From positions 124,001 through 188,000 of the forward strand of contig NIVC01001512.1 of the NCBI GenBank assembly GCA_002269645.1: a stretch of DNA of 64,000 nucleotides, given 5' to 3'. Positions 47,669-61,000 of the stretch are shown piece after piece (the first letter of the stretch is position 1; each line of letters opens with the position of its first letter). The DNA comes from Macrostomum lignano (Eukaryota). The translations under genes were made by a program, and so were the position numbers. The notes beneath the pieces are model-generated. The model searched no databases, was not told where the DNA came from, and saw nothing but the letters and a program-made list of their open reading frames with translations.

Positions 47669-50311
47669 ATTACTAAGTTAGCCTATAGTACACGTATTTT
47701 ATATCGAATATCGCTAATAGCAGCCATTTCTACCATTTTTGCTGCTTTTTCATACATTTCTGCTCGTTGCATCGCAACGCTTCTACCTAAAAATGCGAGT
47801 CGCATGTCGTTACAGAGATAACATCAAGGCGCATTCACCTAATGCATTTTTAAAGTATGTCAACAAATTTTACGCCTCCTAGGCGCCACATTGTGCATTT
47901 TCACCTGTTCTGACAGGTAATCAAACAGGTATTGAGACCTGTTAACCTAAGAATCAGTTTTCAAAACTTATTTAGTTGCATAGTAAATTCGTAGTGCTGT
48001 TTTTAGACACCAAAATTGAGTCTCTAGGCCTTGCCAATGCAGAGTTATTAGCAAAAGTATGCTCAAAATTTTCCTAAAAATGGCCTACTCAAAATTCAGA
48101 GTCAATTTTCTCAAAAATACGAATTTTCCAGCCATATTGGCGTATGACCGGTGTAACTTCAGCTATTCGACTAAACAATATTGAAAATGCAGAAAAATCG
48201 GTGCGCAAAAATTCTTATTTTTTGACTTCAAAGTTTGTACCCCCAAATGGGCCGTTTTTCAATTAACAGGTAAAAAGTACCTGTTAACAGGGGTTTTTTT
48301 AGGAGTGTCTTATGTCATTCAAAAGGGCATCCGATGGGCTACAATTTGACACCATACTCGAAAAAATTCGCCCCGTTTTGAAAAAATTTCCTTAACAACG
48401 TCTGATTTTCTGCAGTGCCCCCCGGCCTCTTTTTTCCCTGGTTTCCGGGTCACTGCTCAGCACAGGTAGGTCCAATTGCTTAGAAAATTCAGGAAAACAA
48501 ATTTCCATACGTTTGACACGTTGTGTTATAGTCTCAACACCGTAGCATAAAACACTTTTTCAAGTTTGAGGACTACTTTTTTAAAACGTGACCCATTTTT
48601 TCGAAAACGACGTTTTTAGGCACTTTTCGACACCTAGGCAAGTTATTAGTGTCCCAATCGGCCAGATCTCGATGTTTCCGAATAGAAGACATCCAGTTGA
48701 GTGATTTGGTGTAGAAATATTAAAAAATAAAGTTTTTCATCTCGTCGCGATAGGCCTCTCAAAAGTGCACTAAAAATTTGTACTTTTAAACAGCAGATAG
48801 GCAGCCATGTGAAAAGTACATTTTAGCCCAAAAAACTATACCGCATCAAACAGCCCCAAGTGTTTTTGAGGCTAGGAGGCAGCTCAAAGGCCGCGCTATC
48901 GCGCGTCCTTTTCGCTGCGGTAAGGCAAAGTTGAAAAAAATGCCAATTTTTCGACCTCAAAAAACACGTTTTTTGTACTTTTAGCCTAGACGTTAAAGTA
49001 CAATAAAAAAATCCATTTCTGATCATTGTAGCGTTCGAATGCCCGCGTTTACTGAGCCAGCCCGCTAAGCGCTGCCATATTCTCAATCCTTATTTTTTGA
49101 GATCAAAGTTTTTGACAAAGTCGAAAAAACGCAGTTTTTGGTTGCCATGGCAACCAAAACGCGTCGCCATGACAACCAAACACTGCGGATCTGTTAGCCC
49201 TAGGTCTTTGACGCATTTTGGCAAAAACCGTTTGTAAATCGGTCGCACCGTTTTTTATTGGCAGCGTTTCAAAGTTGAAAAACGTCATTTTCCTATGTGA
49301 CACCGTTGCTACATCTTATCAGGGACGATTTCGCAAAAGTAAGCAGCATAGAAAAAAATTCTCGCTTCGCTCGCATTTTTTCCTATACTACTTACTGGCT
49401 CATCGTCCCACAACTAGCATAGTTCGTGCGTGGGCTGACACCAGCAGACAGACTGACCTATATAGCAAAAACACGCACTTTTATGAGTCATCTGTCACTT
49501 CAATAACATTTAGCAGTCCAAGTGAGTAGGACTACGAGACCAGGATTTTTTAAGACGGGGGGGGGGTTAGTTGTTGAAAGGTAGCAGCAAGGAGGGCAGG
49601 CCACCCCCCAGGCCCCCATTAAAAACCTTAGCGGCCCGAAGAGGGGTGGGGGCGGACCCCCCCCCCACGCGCTCTCCCCCCTGTATGCCCAGGGACTTCT
49701 AAAAATAGCATCACAGCAGTTGAGAGACAGCAGTTGATGCTATTTTTAGGAGTCCTTGCATGGTGCGTCCGGGGTAGACGACCTGTCAAGCTGCACTTTT
49801 CTGTACCTGACAAATAACGATAGTATAGCATTTCGATGCTTTACGAGCATTCATATACGAGCGATAAGGCTTATCTTATCCTTAGGTCGACTTTAAATTA
49901 AAGATTGAAATTCAGTCAGCTAAAAAAGCATTATTGCATTATTTTAATCTAAACAAACAGACACAAACAGGCCTGTTCACCCGCCTAAATGCGCAATGTA
50001 TTTGATGAAGCAGATGAGAACAAAAATTTGAACCAAAAATGCTTTCAAGCTATTGTAATAGCAAATGCTTAATTATAATTGCATGGTTCCCTAGGCCTAG
50101 CTGTTTGTTTAGGGAAACAACAATACTATAGTGGAGAGTAGGGGTCCTGACTTGTACTGATCCCGGAATGGAGGCTACCGCAATACAATTCTTCATGAAG
50201 CACATAAATACATCCTGTGTTTTGCTGTATATCATACACTAAGCGTTGCAAACTTAAATTGAGTTATTTGCTCCATCTGTTAGTTTCCTATCATTGGCCA
50301 TTGCTAAATAT

Positions 50312-50611
50312 CGGGGGTTGGCAGACTTTTTACGACAAGGGCCAGATGGAGAACCTAGCGCATGACTGCGGGCCAGAGGAGAGGATAGAGGAGAGGAGAG
50401 ATAGGAGAGAAGGAGAGGAGAGAAGAGGAGGGAAAGCTGCTGAGCTGAGAAGAGACACAAACCTTGAGTGGGACGGAGGATCACCATTGTGATATTAAGT
50501 TTGAAGTTTGTGAATTTTAAAGTGTGAAGTGTGAAGTTTGAAGTTTGAAGAATGTGAAGGCACGGAGGGTCGGATAGAGAGGCTTGGTGGGCCGGATTTT
50601 GCCGATTCCTG
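50312..50611 (+). mobile_element. hAT (Charlie-like) MITE
   Basis: Ends CGGGGGTTGGCAGAC / TTTTGCCGATTCCTG; family core and GA-rich tract. Confidence 0.7.
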
Positions 50612-51031
50612 GGCTATAAAAATATTAGTGTCACGCTATAGTCTGATAAATTCACTGACCTGCGCTATTTTTAGCATCTAACGAAATGTAAAGTTTTCCA
50701 CACGGTTGGCTGTCTTCATAACGGAATTTTTCCGGGATCCCGGGATTACGCCCCCCCCCCCTAGTGGACAGGGAATGAGCTTTAGCTGGAGACGCCGATT
50801 GAAATCGGACAGGCGAGGGAATGGGAATGCTCCCACCCCCGAAATGGCGACCCCCAACTCAACGGCGGCCAACTAAAATGCCAGCATTGGCTCAGCAGCA
50901 CCATATGTGAAGCAGGGGAAAACTCGAAAAAACAAAGATTAAAAGCAAAAAAGCAGAACTGTCGACTTTCAAGTCCAGTAGAGTTTTTATCGGAATCGGT
51001 CTTACCGAAGTGAAGTCTCAAATGAATAATT

Positions 51032-51476
51032 TTATTCGAGACGCGGCTTCTTCACGGCCGGCTTTGTTTCTTCTTCCGCCTCAGCTTTGGATGAAGCTTC
51101 CGTTTCTGACTTGACTCTGCTAGCGCGAATCCACCGAGTTAGGCCGGTGTCCCGCAGCGGCGGCTGCGGCTGGCGGCGCTTTGGCGACGGTGGCGGCGGC
51201 TTCGGATTCTGCTGATAACGAGGCGGCGACGCACTACTGGCTGCCGATGCCGAAGCCGCTGCCGTCGGCCTCGATGACGCGGCTGGCAGCCATTTGTCTA
51301 GCGTTACTGCTGCCGTTTGCGGGGCACTGGGCGGGTGGAACCGTGGGTCACAGGGGGTGATACACATTGCCTCTATTGAAATATAGATATGGACACAGAC
51401 GGACAGACAGACACAGACGGACAGACACAGTCAGACAGACAGACAGACAGACAGACAGACAGTCAGACAGACAGTC

Positions 51477-51529
<53 letters not shown>

Positions 51530-51531
51530 GT

Positions 51532-51564
<33 letters not shown>

Positions 51565-54500
51565 GATTATAAAATATAAGGTAAATTGATATATATCTAA
51601 AACGGGTACCTCTCATTTCGCCGATTCTCATTTCGCCGACATTCTCATTTCGCCGATTCTCGATTCGCCGACATTCTCATTTCGCCGATTCTCGGTTCGC
51701 CGACATTCTCATTTCGCCGATTCTCGGTTCGCCGAAATTAGTTTCATAATCCATAGAAATAAAGACTTTCCGTGACAATATTTGCGTTCTCCGGGATTTT
51801 ATTTGGTAATATTCAATAATATCCCATAAAGTCTTTATGTCTATGGTTTATACGAGATTACACATGCCTTTTTCGGGAGTTATTTTCATAAATCCCTCGG
51901 GCCTCAGGCCCTCGTGATTTATACAAATAACTCCCTCAAAAGGCATGTTTAATCTGATACATAACCATCTGGACATTAGACCATAGCCCGTAAGCCCAAA
52001 TGGGCTGCAAAAAGCTATATTACCAATACAATACTTTATTTTTTCAAGCCATAGACATCTAAATCACACTTGCATTAGTGTAGTTGTCTATGGTCTAATG
52101 TCCAGATGGTTATGAAACTAATTTCGGCGAACCGAGAATCGGCGAAATGAGAATCGGCGAAACGAGAATCGGCGAAACGAGAATCGGCGAAATGAGAATC
52201 GGCGAAATGAGAATGTCGGCGAACCGAGAATTGGCGAAATGAGATTCGGCGAACCGAGAATCGGCGAAATGAGATTCGGCGAAACGAGAATCGGCGAAAC
52301 GAGAATCGGCGAAATGAGAGGTACCCATCTAAAACGGCGCATAAAATGTTGACATCAGTTAAAAAGCCGCCTGAATCTGCCAAACCAACTGATTGTGTAC
52401 GAGCTAGTTGAAAATATGTCTCGACAATAAAAATGACCGGCTTAAGTAAATTCGTTCTTGTACAGCGATGAGTCATTCATACACTATCTGGATAGCTGGC
52501 CAAAGTACTCGTAGAGTGAAGCTGAGCCCAGGAATTTTAACTTAGCAAGTCTTGTTACTCGTAGCTAGGTTTAGAATTCTTTGGCTCACGCGCAAGCTCT
52601 ATCCAGCCTGCATAAACAATTAATTTTTTGAGTGCTTCCCAGGCATAAAATTGGAGACACTAAGTTAGCTAACAAATTAAGCATTTACCTGGATTCCAGT
52701 TTAACAGGTTGTAGGCAAAGTTTATCATTGTTCCGAGTACTGTTTACGTGCGAAGAAACAGCGTAGAAACAGATGTCTGTCACCGGACGAAGACAGGCCA
52801 AGGCCTTACAAAGGTAATTTAGATAGATAAAAAATATAACTAATGGAAATATAAGTGTCATACAGTCACACTATTAGCCTCACCCGCTTCGGATTATCAG
52901 ATTGAAGCCAATCCGTGATTCCATCGGCCGTTTGCAGAATAGCCTGCGAAATTCGGCACAACTAACTGATCAATATGACAGTAGAACAGTAGACTGAATG
53001 CAGATTTAAATAAGGCATCAACTTACTGGCATTCGATCGTGAATGTCGCTGACAGTCTCGCTGGCTGGCACAGTGATCACCGTGAAGCTGTGCAGATCTG
53101 GCTCACCTGGCTGAGGGACGGGCGAGGATTCGGCGAGGTGGGGAAGAGGGAATTATATTTTTTAATAGCAACAACATTTAATACAGCAACTGAGGATCTG
53201 GGAGGCTGGCCTAGCAACTGACACTCTGGGAGGCTGGCCCAGCAACTGAGGATCTGGGAGGCTGGCCCAGCAACTGAGGATCTGGGAGGCTGGCCCAGCA
53301 CTCGAGGATCTGGGAGGCTGGCCCAGCAACTGAGGATCTGGGAGGCTGGCCTAGCAACTGAGGATCTGGGAGGCTGGCCCAGCACTCGAGGATCTGGGAG
53401 GCTGGCCCAGCAACTGAGGATCTGGGAGGCTGGCCCAGCACTCGAGGATCTGGGAGGCTGGACCAGCAACTGAGGATCTGGGATGGGAGGGTATGGCCCA
53501 GCCTGAGGTTCTTATCCGGAAGTACCGAGCAAGAAACCATAGAGCTCACCATGCCCTGGTGCACATCGAATAGAGCCGCAATGAACATGAGGTTGGGCGG
53601 CTTTTCGCCGCAGTCCCGCTCCAGCCAGCCGGGCGGGTGGAAGAAGTAGGCCTGCTTCTGGCCCCCGGGGCCCAGCTTCGGCCGTTTCCACTCGTAGAAG
53701 CCCTCGCAAAGTAGAACGCAACGACGGCCATTCAGTAAAAGATTACGGAAGCTGGCCTTCTCCATCAGCGTCTCAACTCGAGCGTTCGACATGTTGAGAG
53801 TGAAATTTGAGGTGTCTCGGCCTACCCAGGAGGGCACCAGGCCCCACTTCATGGTGGAGATGAGCCGGCAGCCCTGATTGGAGTACAGCACTGGCCTGTG
53901 GGATTGTGTTGGCAGACTCAACTGTGACACGGTGCCGTGGAAACTGCTGCATGACTTGAGGCAGTCATAGAGAAGGTCATATAAGCGAACAGTACTGATA
54001 GCAGTAACAAATAGGGTCATGTAAATAATCTGGGACATCTACAGATGGTCATACGAATGACCTAAAAACACTAACAGAGGGTCATAAGGATGACCTAGGG
54101 ACAGTAACAGTGAGGTCTATAAGGATGACCTAGGGACAGTAACATAGGGGGTTACACAGCTGATCAACAAAACGAAGCGACCTAGTAACAGAAATGAGAG
54201 CCTAGGAAAGGGTCCTGTAAAGTTCAAATAGTGTCTTCAACGAATATGGAACTAAAAATGATTAGCTGCACAGTGACAAAGATCGGGTGCATATATTCAC
54301 TTTATAGCACTTAGTTAGGAGGCTTTATTAAAACCAAGGCCTGTGTTACAATTAACTGGTAGTGGAGTTTATCTTTTGAATAAATATTTAATTAAATACA
54401 AAATTATTATCGCGATATGATGATAAGGCTGAAGTACAGACTTTGTAAGCATTTTTGTGAAGCTAAATTTAACTTGGCAAGTTTAACAGATTTAGACTGC

Positions 54501-56161
54501 AAGCTTAACGCGAAAAGGTGCTTACACAATAGAATTTACCGCAATAAGAGTGCAGTTTATACCGAAATTCCCATAACTTCTGTGAAACACCGGTGGAGCA
54601 GTCGTTGAGGAAAGGACTTTTAAGCAAGATTTAGTCTGTTTGCAAATATGCTTTTTAATGTGAAGCACAAAGTGTACGAATGTAAGGACAGTTCTAAGGC
54701 ACCAGAAAGCGATCTTTAACTAGTTAAGAGGCTGATTCTTGAAGCATTTGAGAGCCTTTCTTACAGAGTCTAAAAAAGCCAACTTTGAACTTTAAAGCTA
54801 GTGTCCCTAGATAATCTTTATGACTCTCTGCTAGTCCCTAGATCATCTTTATGCTAGACACGTGACTGACTCAACAAGGCAAAACTGCTCACAGAAACGT
54901 TCCAGGCGGCAGGTTATAACCTGGCGAGTAGGGCGGACTGCACGGTAGGTCGCGCCATCCAGGTCGCCCATTTGCAAAAGTGCACCGGCTCTGCAGCTGG
55001 TCCCTCGATAGCGTGCTGAAAAGGTAAATAAACAAAAAGAACTGATAAAAAACTTAGACTTTGACTCTGTTGTGCAGCAGTGATTAGATATGACTTATTC
55101 AACTTTAAATAAGTTTTGATAAAAATTGCCCTGCGACATATTAAGAACTTGTACTGTGATTGACTGCACATGTATTCGTACTACTCAAGATATCCTTATT
55201 AGCAAATGCAGCTGCAAATGCAAATCCCCTATTAGCATCTGTATCTATCCCCTATTAGCATCTGTATCTATCCCCTATTAGCATCTGTATCTATCCCCTA
55301 TTAGCATCTGTATCTATCCCCTATTAGCATCTGTATCTATCCCCTATTAGCATCTGTATCTATCCCCTATTAGCATCTGTATCTATCCCCTATTAGCATC
55401 TGTATCTATCCCCTATTAGCATCTGTATCTATCCCCTATTAGCATCTGTATCTATCCCCTATTAGCATCTGTATCTATCCCCTATTAGCATCTGTATCTA
55501 TCCCCTATTAGCATCTGTATCTATCCCCTATTAGCATCTGTATCTATCCCCTATTAGCATCTGTATCTATCCCACATATTAGCACCTGTATATATCCCTA
55601 TTAGAAGCTGTATATATCCTCTGTTAGCATCTGTATATATCCTCTATTAGCATCTGTATATATCCCCTAGTAGCATCTGTATATTTCCCCTAGTAGCATC
55701 TGTATATTTCCCCTATTAGCATCTGTATCTATCCCCTATTAGCATCTGTATCTATCCCCTATTAGCATCTGTATATATCCTCTGTTAGCATCTGTATATA
55801 TCCTCTATTAGCATCTGTATATATCCTCTGTTAGCATCTGTATATATCCTCTATTAGCATCTGTATATATCCCCTATTAGCATCTGTATATATCCTCTGT
55901 TAGCATCTGTATCTATCCCCTATTAGCATCTGCATCTATCCCACATATTAGCACCTGTATATATCCCTATTAGCAGCTGTATGTAATCCCAATTAACAGC
56001 TGTATAAGAGCCACTACATGTACATGTATATAATCTATAAAAACGTATGTCCTTTATATTCCAGTTAGCAAATATAACATTCGACAAAGCACTGTACCAG
56101 TAAGTTATTGCATGTCAATAAAAAACAACACAGCTCCATACCAGGCTGTTCTTCCGCACAT
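51032..56161 (-). CDS. HMCES: HMCES / SRAP-domain abasic-site processing protein, 347 aa; complement(join(51032..51326,52689..52804,52884..52943,53027..53110,53550..53895,54893..55015,56142..56161))
   Basis: MCGRTAC N-terminus (catalytic Cys2), GYNLPPGT, MKWGLVPSW, NARVE, RCVLLCEGFYEW, SFTVIT..IHDRMPAIL..WL, VSSHVNSTRN, C-terminal W-L motifs and KKPRLE; all introns GT-AG and phase-compatible (1044 nt). Confidence 0.95.
51395..51562. repeat. (GACA)n microsatellite in the last HMCES intron
   Basis: Directly visible. Confidence 0.95.
51604..52326. mobile_element. Mutator-like foldback MITE in the last HMCES intron
   Basis: TIRs GGGTACCTCTCATTTCGCCGATTCTC... / ...GAGAATCGGCGAAATGAGAGGTACCC built from 15-17-bp repeats; perfect 9-bp TSD ATCTAAAAC (51595-51603, 52327-52335). 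Confidence 0.9.
53186..53482. repeat. 28-bp intronic minisatellite (CAACTGAGGATCTGGGAGGCTGGCCCAG), ~10 copies
   Basis: Directly visible; it inflates the 53211-54038 ORF beyond the real exon. Confidence 0.9.
55225..55990. repeat. 23-bp intronic minisatellite (CCCCTATTAGCATCTGTATCTAT), ~33 copies
   Basis: Directly visible in HMCES intron 1. Confidence 0.95.
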
Positions 56162-56324
56162 AGTCAGCTCTGATGCACTATCCTATTATTTAATTCGATT
56201 TCAACGAAAGCAATTATCAGCAGAAATGAAAAACAAATACACAATAATAAGTTATGGCCATAAAAGCTATAATAGGCAGTTTGCAATTTAATGAGCCGTT
56301 TAAATCTAAGGAAACATTCACTTT

Positions 56325-56650
56325 ATTAGCGACATTGTCACACAACCGGCGAGAGGCATTGCTGCCCATTCCGCCCAGACTCCCCTGAGCAGGCACACAA
56401 GCGCGCGGATACGTACGCAGTCACACGCACAGGCACACACTCACACAGGAGTGTACAGCGGCCCTGACTTTATTTATCGTTAGGCATGTACACTTCACTG
56501 CGCCTTGGGGGTTGGCCCTCAAGGGCGCTAATCTCACTAGCAGAGCCAAGCCGAGATTCCAATTTAGCCCCAAATTAGTGTGACTGCCACTTGGATTCGA
56601 ACCTGGGCCGCTTGAACATCAGAGCGCCGCGCCAGACCAATGGCTACCCT
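56325..56650 (-). mobile_element. tRNA-derived SINE just upstream of the HMCES start codon
   Basis: A box TAGCCATTGG and B box GGTTCGAATCC 43 nt apart; shared GTGTACATGCC..ACGAT body motif; (GT)-rich tail. Confidence 0.65.
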
Positions 56651-58067
56651 AAATTCTACTTGATGTTTTCCTAAAACACCAATACTCTGTAATACTGTCT
56701 GCATTAAGAAAATAAGTAACAAGCATAATACAATTAGCAAAAAATGAACTGAATTTAATTGTTTATACACACACAGCAGCGGCAGCACAGAACCTTTCGG
56801 AAGTCTATTTATATTTTTTGTTTTGGAGTTACGAGTATGCAAGCACTATTATCAGCCCAGTGTTCGCTATCGTGCGTACTTTTAACATAAACAAAGTTTA
56901 GAGACACAAACAGAGCATAGGTACACTCCTAATCTGCGTATCAATAGCAACAGGTGCACAAGTTTTCGCTGACAATTAAAAAAGCGGGCAAAAAACGCTG
57001 ATTTTGCTACTGAAAATAACAGTAGATGAAGGCCTTTCAAGCGAGTAAAGCATACCTAGTTATTCCACTTAGTATCCGTGATATTAGCTACCTTTTAAAA
57101 TAGTAAGTACATTACCCATATATCTATTATTCCTTTGAAAACATTGCACATTACAGCACTAATTTACTACCAGTAACTTTACCAGCATAAATACCAATTT
57201 AAAATTTCACAAAATTAGATCGCAGGATTATTAAAATGAACAATATGGCTGATAGGCATAGTTGAGAACGAGAATAGCCAAAACCCTTCAATCTATACAA
57301 CTGAAATGTTAAATAACGTTAAATAGCTCTGCCCTCCTTGCCTGGTCCATCTTGCTCTGTCCTTGGTCCATCTGCTGGCTCCTCTGGTTGTCTCCCTGCC
57401 CTTGTGTCTCGGCTCTCATCCTGACAGTGGACTGGAGTCCTGGGGTTGATGTTCGTCCCGAATCGGGGATCCCGGCTGAGTCGGGGTCCTCTTGCTCCTT
57501 GTTGCCCCTTCCCGACCCCTTGGCTTGGCCTCCAATATAGAGCTGGATATAGAGCTAGACTCGCTCCAATATTTAAGCCATTTCCAAGACTTGTGGGTTT
57601 CCCCGCTCTTGGACGGCTTTCAGTAGTAACCCACAACATTTTCTATTCCAATTTCTTTTTTCGCGCACTCCCGGGACTTGTCTGCTGGGTGGTGGCCTGG
57701 GTGGACTCGGTCCTAGCACCGTCCCTGATTCCACTTATGGGTTGGCGCTGTCTTGTACCATAGACTTGGGTTAGTAGCCTCAATAAGCCCCCTGGCCTAG
57801 ACGTCGGGGTCCAATCTTGCGGGTATCTCGGGCTTTATGCCCCTGGTAGTGCCCCTCTGCGGCAGAGCCCCCTTTCGGGCTGATCCGCGGGTAGCCCCCG
57901 GCTTCCACCCACGTTTAACAACAACAAATAATAAGAAAATGCTTCTACAAAGCAGTGATACTTTATACTTAAATTAAATTTTGCATTTCGCTAACCGAAT
58001 AGTCTACGGGACAGGTTAGTTATTTGATTAGTGAATTTGAAGTCGCAAAGTTGTCAAACAGTTCGAG

Positions 58068-61000
58068 TTACTTCTGAAACGCTTCCGGCGGGATTTTGCC
58101 TTCAGCTTTTAGCTGGGCGAATTTGCTAGCGGCCATGTCGAAATCCCAGCCGAATTCGTTCAGGCACTGCCGGCTGAACTCGGCGTTCATGCCCGACTTG
58201 GCGGCGAATTCGGTCACCATGGCCTCTTTGGCTGCGGCTGGCAGTTCCTGAAGGGTGGCGCTTGTAGTCGCACTGGCCGCCGCGCTGGCGTTCTGCTTCC
58301 GGAACCACTCGGCACCCTGCGGTTGCGGGGGCGGTTGACACGAATATGAGGCAATTTGAGGATTTTCTTTCACGATTAGCCGATGAAGTCGCGGGGAATT
58401 TCCATAGATCATGCGATAAAGAAAGTTGCCATAAATATAGGACATTGGGAACTTCTAGAACGATAAAAGTTAGATATGTAGATAAATAGATATAGATAGA
58501 AAATATACATAGATATGTAGTAGATATGCAGATAAGCTGTGGGGAAATTGCATGCAGATAAGCTGTGGGGAATTTGCATGTAGATAAAATATGGGGAATT
58601 TCTATGAACAAAAGGCAGAGGGAATCCATGTGAACATAAAGTTTGGGGAATTCCTATGAACACAAAGTTTGGGGAATTCTTATGAACATAAAGTTTGGGG
58701 AATTCTTATGAACACAAAGTTCGGGGAATTCTTATGAACATAAAGTTTGGGGAATTCTTATGAACATAAGACAGGGGAATCCATGTAAACATAAGGCATG
58801 GGAATTCCTAACAACATATGGGGAATTCATGTGAAAATAAGGCATGGGGAATTTCTTCGAAAATAGGCACATAGAGTCTGGAAAATGTCCAATAAGTTAT
58901 GGGGAATGTGTATAAATGCAATTTTGGAGAATTTCCATGGATATAAGCTATGGGGAATTTCTATAAAGCTCCGAGTCGCGGGGAATGAATTCCACCAACT
59001 GTACAAATCCAAGTCTAACCTGATGGCTAACGTGGGTGATATAAAAATCGTCGGCGTGAATCTGCATGCCAGCCTCGGAGCCGGGCACTGGCACCAGCAC
59101 CAGGGTGCGGCTGAACGTGCGCAGAGTCTTGTCCTGACTGTCGCCACCGTCTCGACCGGGCGTCAGCTCGATGAACAGGCCAGTAACGAAGATTAGCGCC
59201 GCTTTGTCGCTGTTCACAGGCACGTCAACTCGCATGCTGTTTAACAGGTGACTGGTGGTTGGCAGCTTCTCTAGAGCGGACACGCACTGTAACCGGCCGC
59301 GCTGTACCAACGATTCAGCTTTGCTCCGATTGCTCTCCAGGTATTTCAGATTCCTGCTGAGACCGATGTAGCAGTTCAATGATTTGTGATGATTCATTGC
59401 GCTAGGCGGAGAAGCTGTAGACAGGGTCAGCTTGGCGTGCTCAGTGTAGTACGGCAGCAGGCGACTGCGCTCTCCACTATCCAGAATGCTGTAGTAGCTG
59501 GGGGGTGCGCGTTTCCAAAGTGTAAATCATTATCACTGAATCCATAATAACTGATCATATTCAACTAGCTTAAATAATAGCTTACACATGCTTCCTTGCT
59601 ACTGAACTGTAAGTAGATAAACTGTTTACAGCAAGCTAGAATGCCGAAATCTAGATTTTATCAGCGAAATTAACAATGCACATGTCTATAGGCACTATCA
59701 TCTTAGATATCTGAACAATGTACATGTCTATAGACACTGTCATAGATATCTGAACAATGTACATGTCTATAGGCACTATCATAGATATCTGAACAATGTA
59801 CATGTCTATAGGCACTATCATCTTAGATATCTGAACAATGTACATGTCTATAGACACTGTCATAGATATCTGAACAATGTACATGTCTATAGACACTGTT
59901 ATAGATATCTGAACAATGTACATGTCTATAGGCACTATCATAGATATCTGAACAATGTACATGTCTATAGGCACTATCATCTTAGATATCTGAACAATGT
60001 ACATGTCTATAGACACTGTCATAGATATCTGAACAATGTACATGTCTATAGACACTGTCATAGATATCTGAACAATAGAAATGTCTATAGACACTGTCAT
60101 AGATATCTGAACAATATACATGTCTATAGACGCTGTCATAGATATCTGAACAATATACATGTCTATAGACGCTGTCATAGATATCTGAACAATATACATG
60201 TCTATAGACACTGTCAAAGATATCTGAACAATATACATGTCTATAGACACTGTCATAGATATCTGAACAATATACATGTCTATAGACGCTGTCATAGATA
60301 TCTGAACAATATACATGTCTATAGACGCTGTCATAGATATCTGAACAATATACATGTCTATAGACACTGTCAAAGATATCTGAACAATGTACATGTCTAT
60401 AGACACTGTCATAGATATCTGAACAATGTACATGTCTATAGGCACTATCATCTTAGATATCTGAACAATGTACATGTCTATAGACACTGTCATAGATATC
60501 TGAACAATATACATGTCTATAGACACTGTCATAGATATCTGAACAATATACATGTCTATAGACACTGTCATAGATATCTAAACAATATACATGTCTATAG
60601 ACGCTGTCATAGATATCTGAACAATATAATTTGTCTCCTGAGATCTATAGACACGACACCAGAAATCTAGACAATATTCTCCTAGAACGTATACAAGATT
60701 TGTCATTCCCTTACTTCTTTAAATAGTTGATGACGGCCACTTTAATATCGTCGTTAGGAAAATAGCCCAGAGTAGCCTGCGGCAGAGTGCCGCCATCCTG
60801 GCGCTGCATCAGGACGTCGCGATCGTTCTTTAAACCGGAATCGGATAGCGGCAGTGGGAGGAAGGTGAGGTGGGGCGGTATTTTGGCGAACAAGGCGCTT
60901 TGTAGATGGCTGACGTTTGCTGGATGAACTACTCATTAGTAGCAATAAATGAAAGACTGAATTATTTTCTTTAGAAAAATGCCAGAAATTTGAAAATCTA

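Larger units (their letters stand above)
44785..49417 (-). mobile_element. HINE-like element, unit 3 (~4.63 kb, diverged variant)
   Basis: Same junction at 44772-44800; terminal CATCGTCCCACAACTAG at 49401-49417, then unique flank; many substitutions relative to units 1/2. Confidence 0.8.

Noticed and set aside
53211-54038. Single-exon 275-aa SRAP ORF as listed in the ORF track
   Set aside because: Only 53550-53895 is exonic; the rest is intron and a 28-bp minisatellite.
59651-60571. 306-aa repetitive ORF, and similar ORFs at 446-1192, 1673-2305, 15010-15428, 51367-51631 and 52075-52476
   Set aside because: Translations of minisatellites or TE repeats; no coding evidence.
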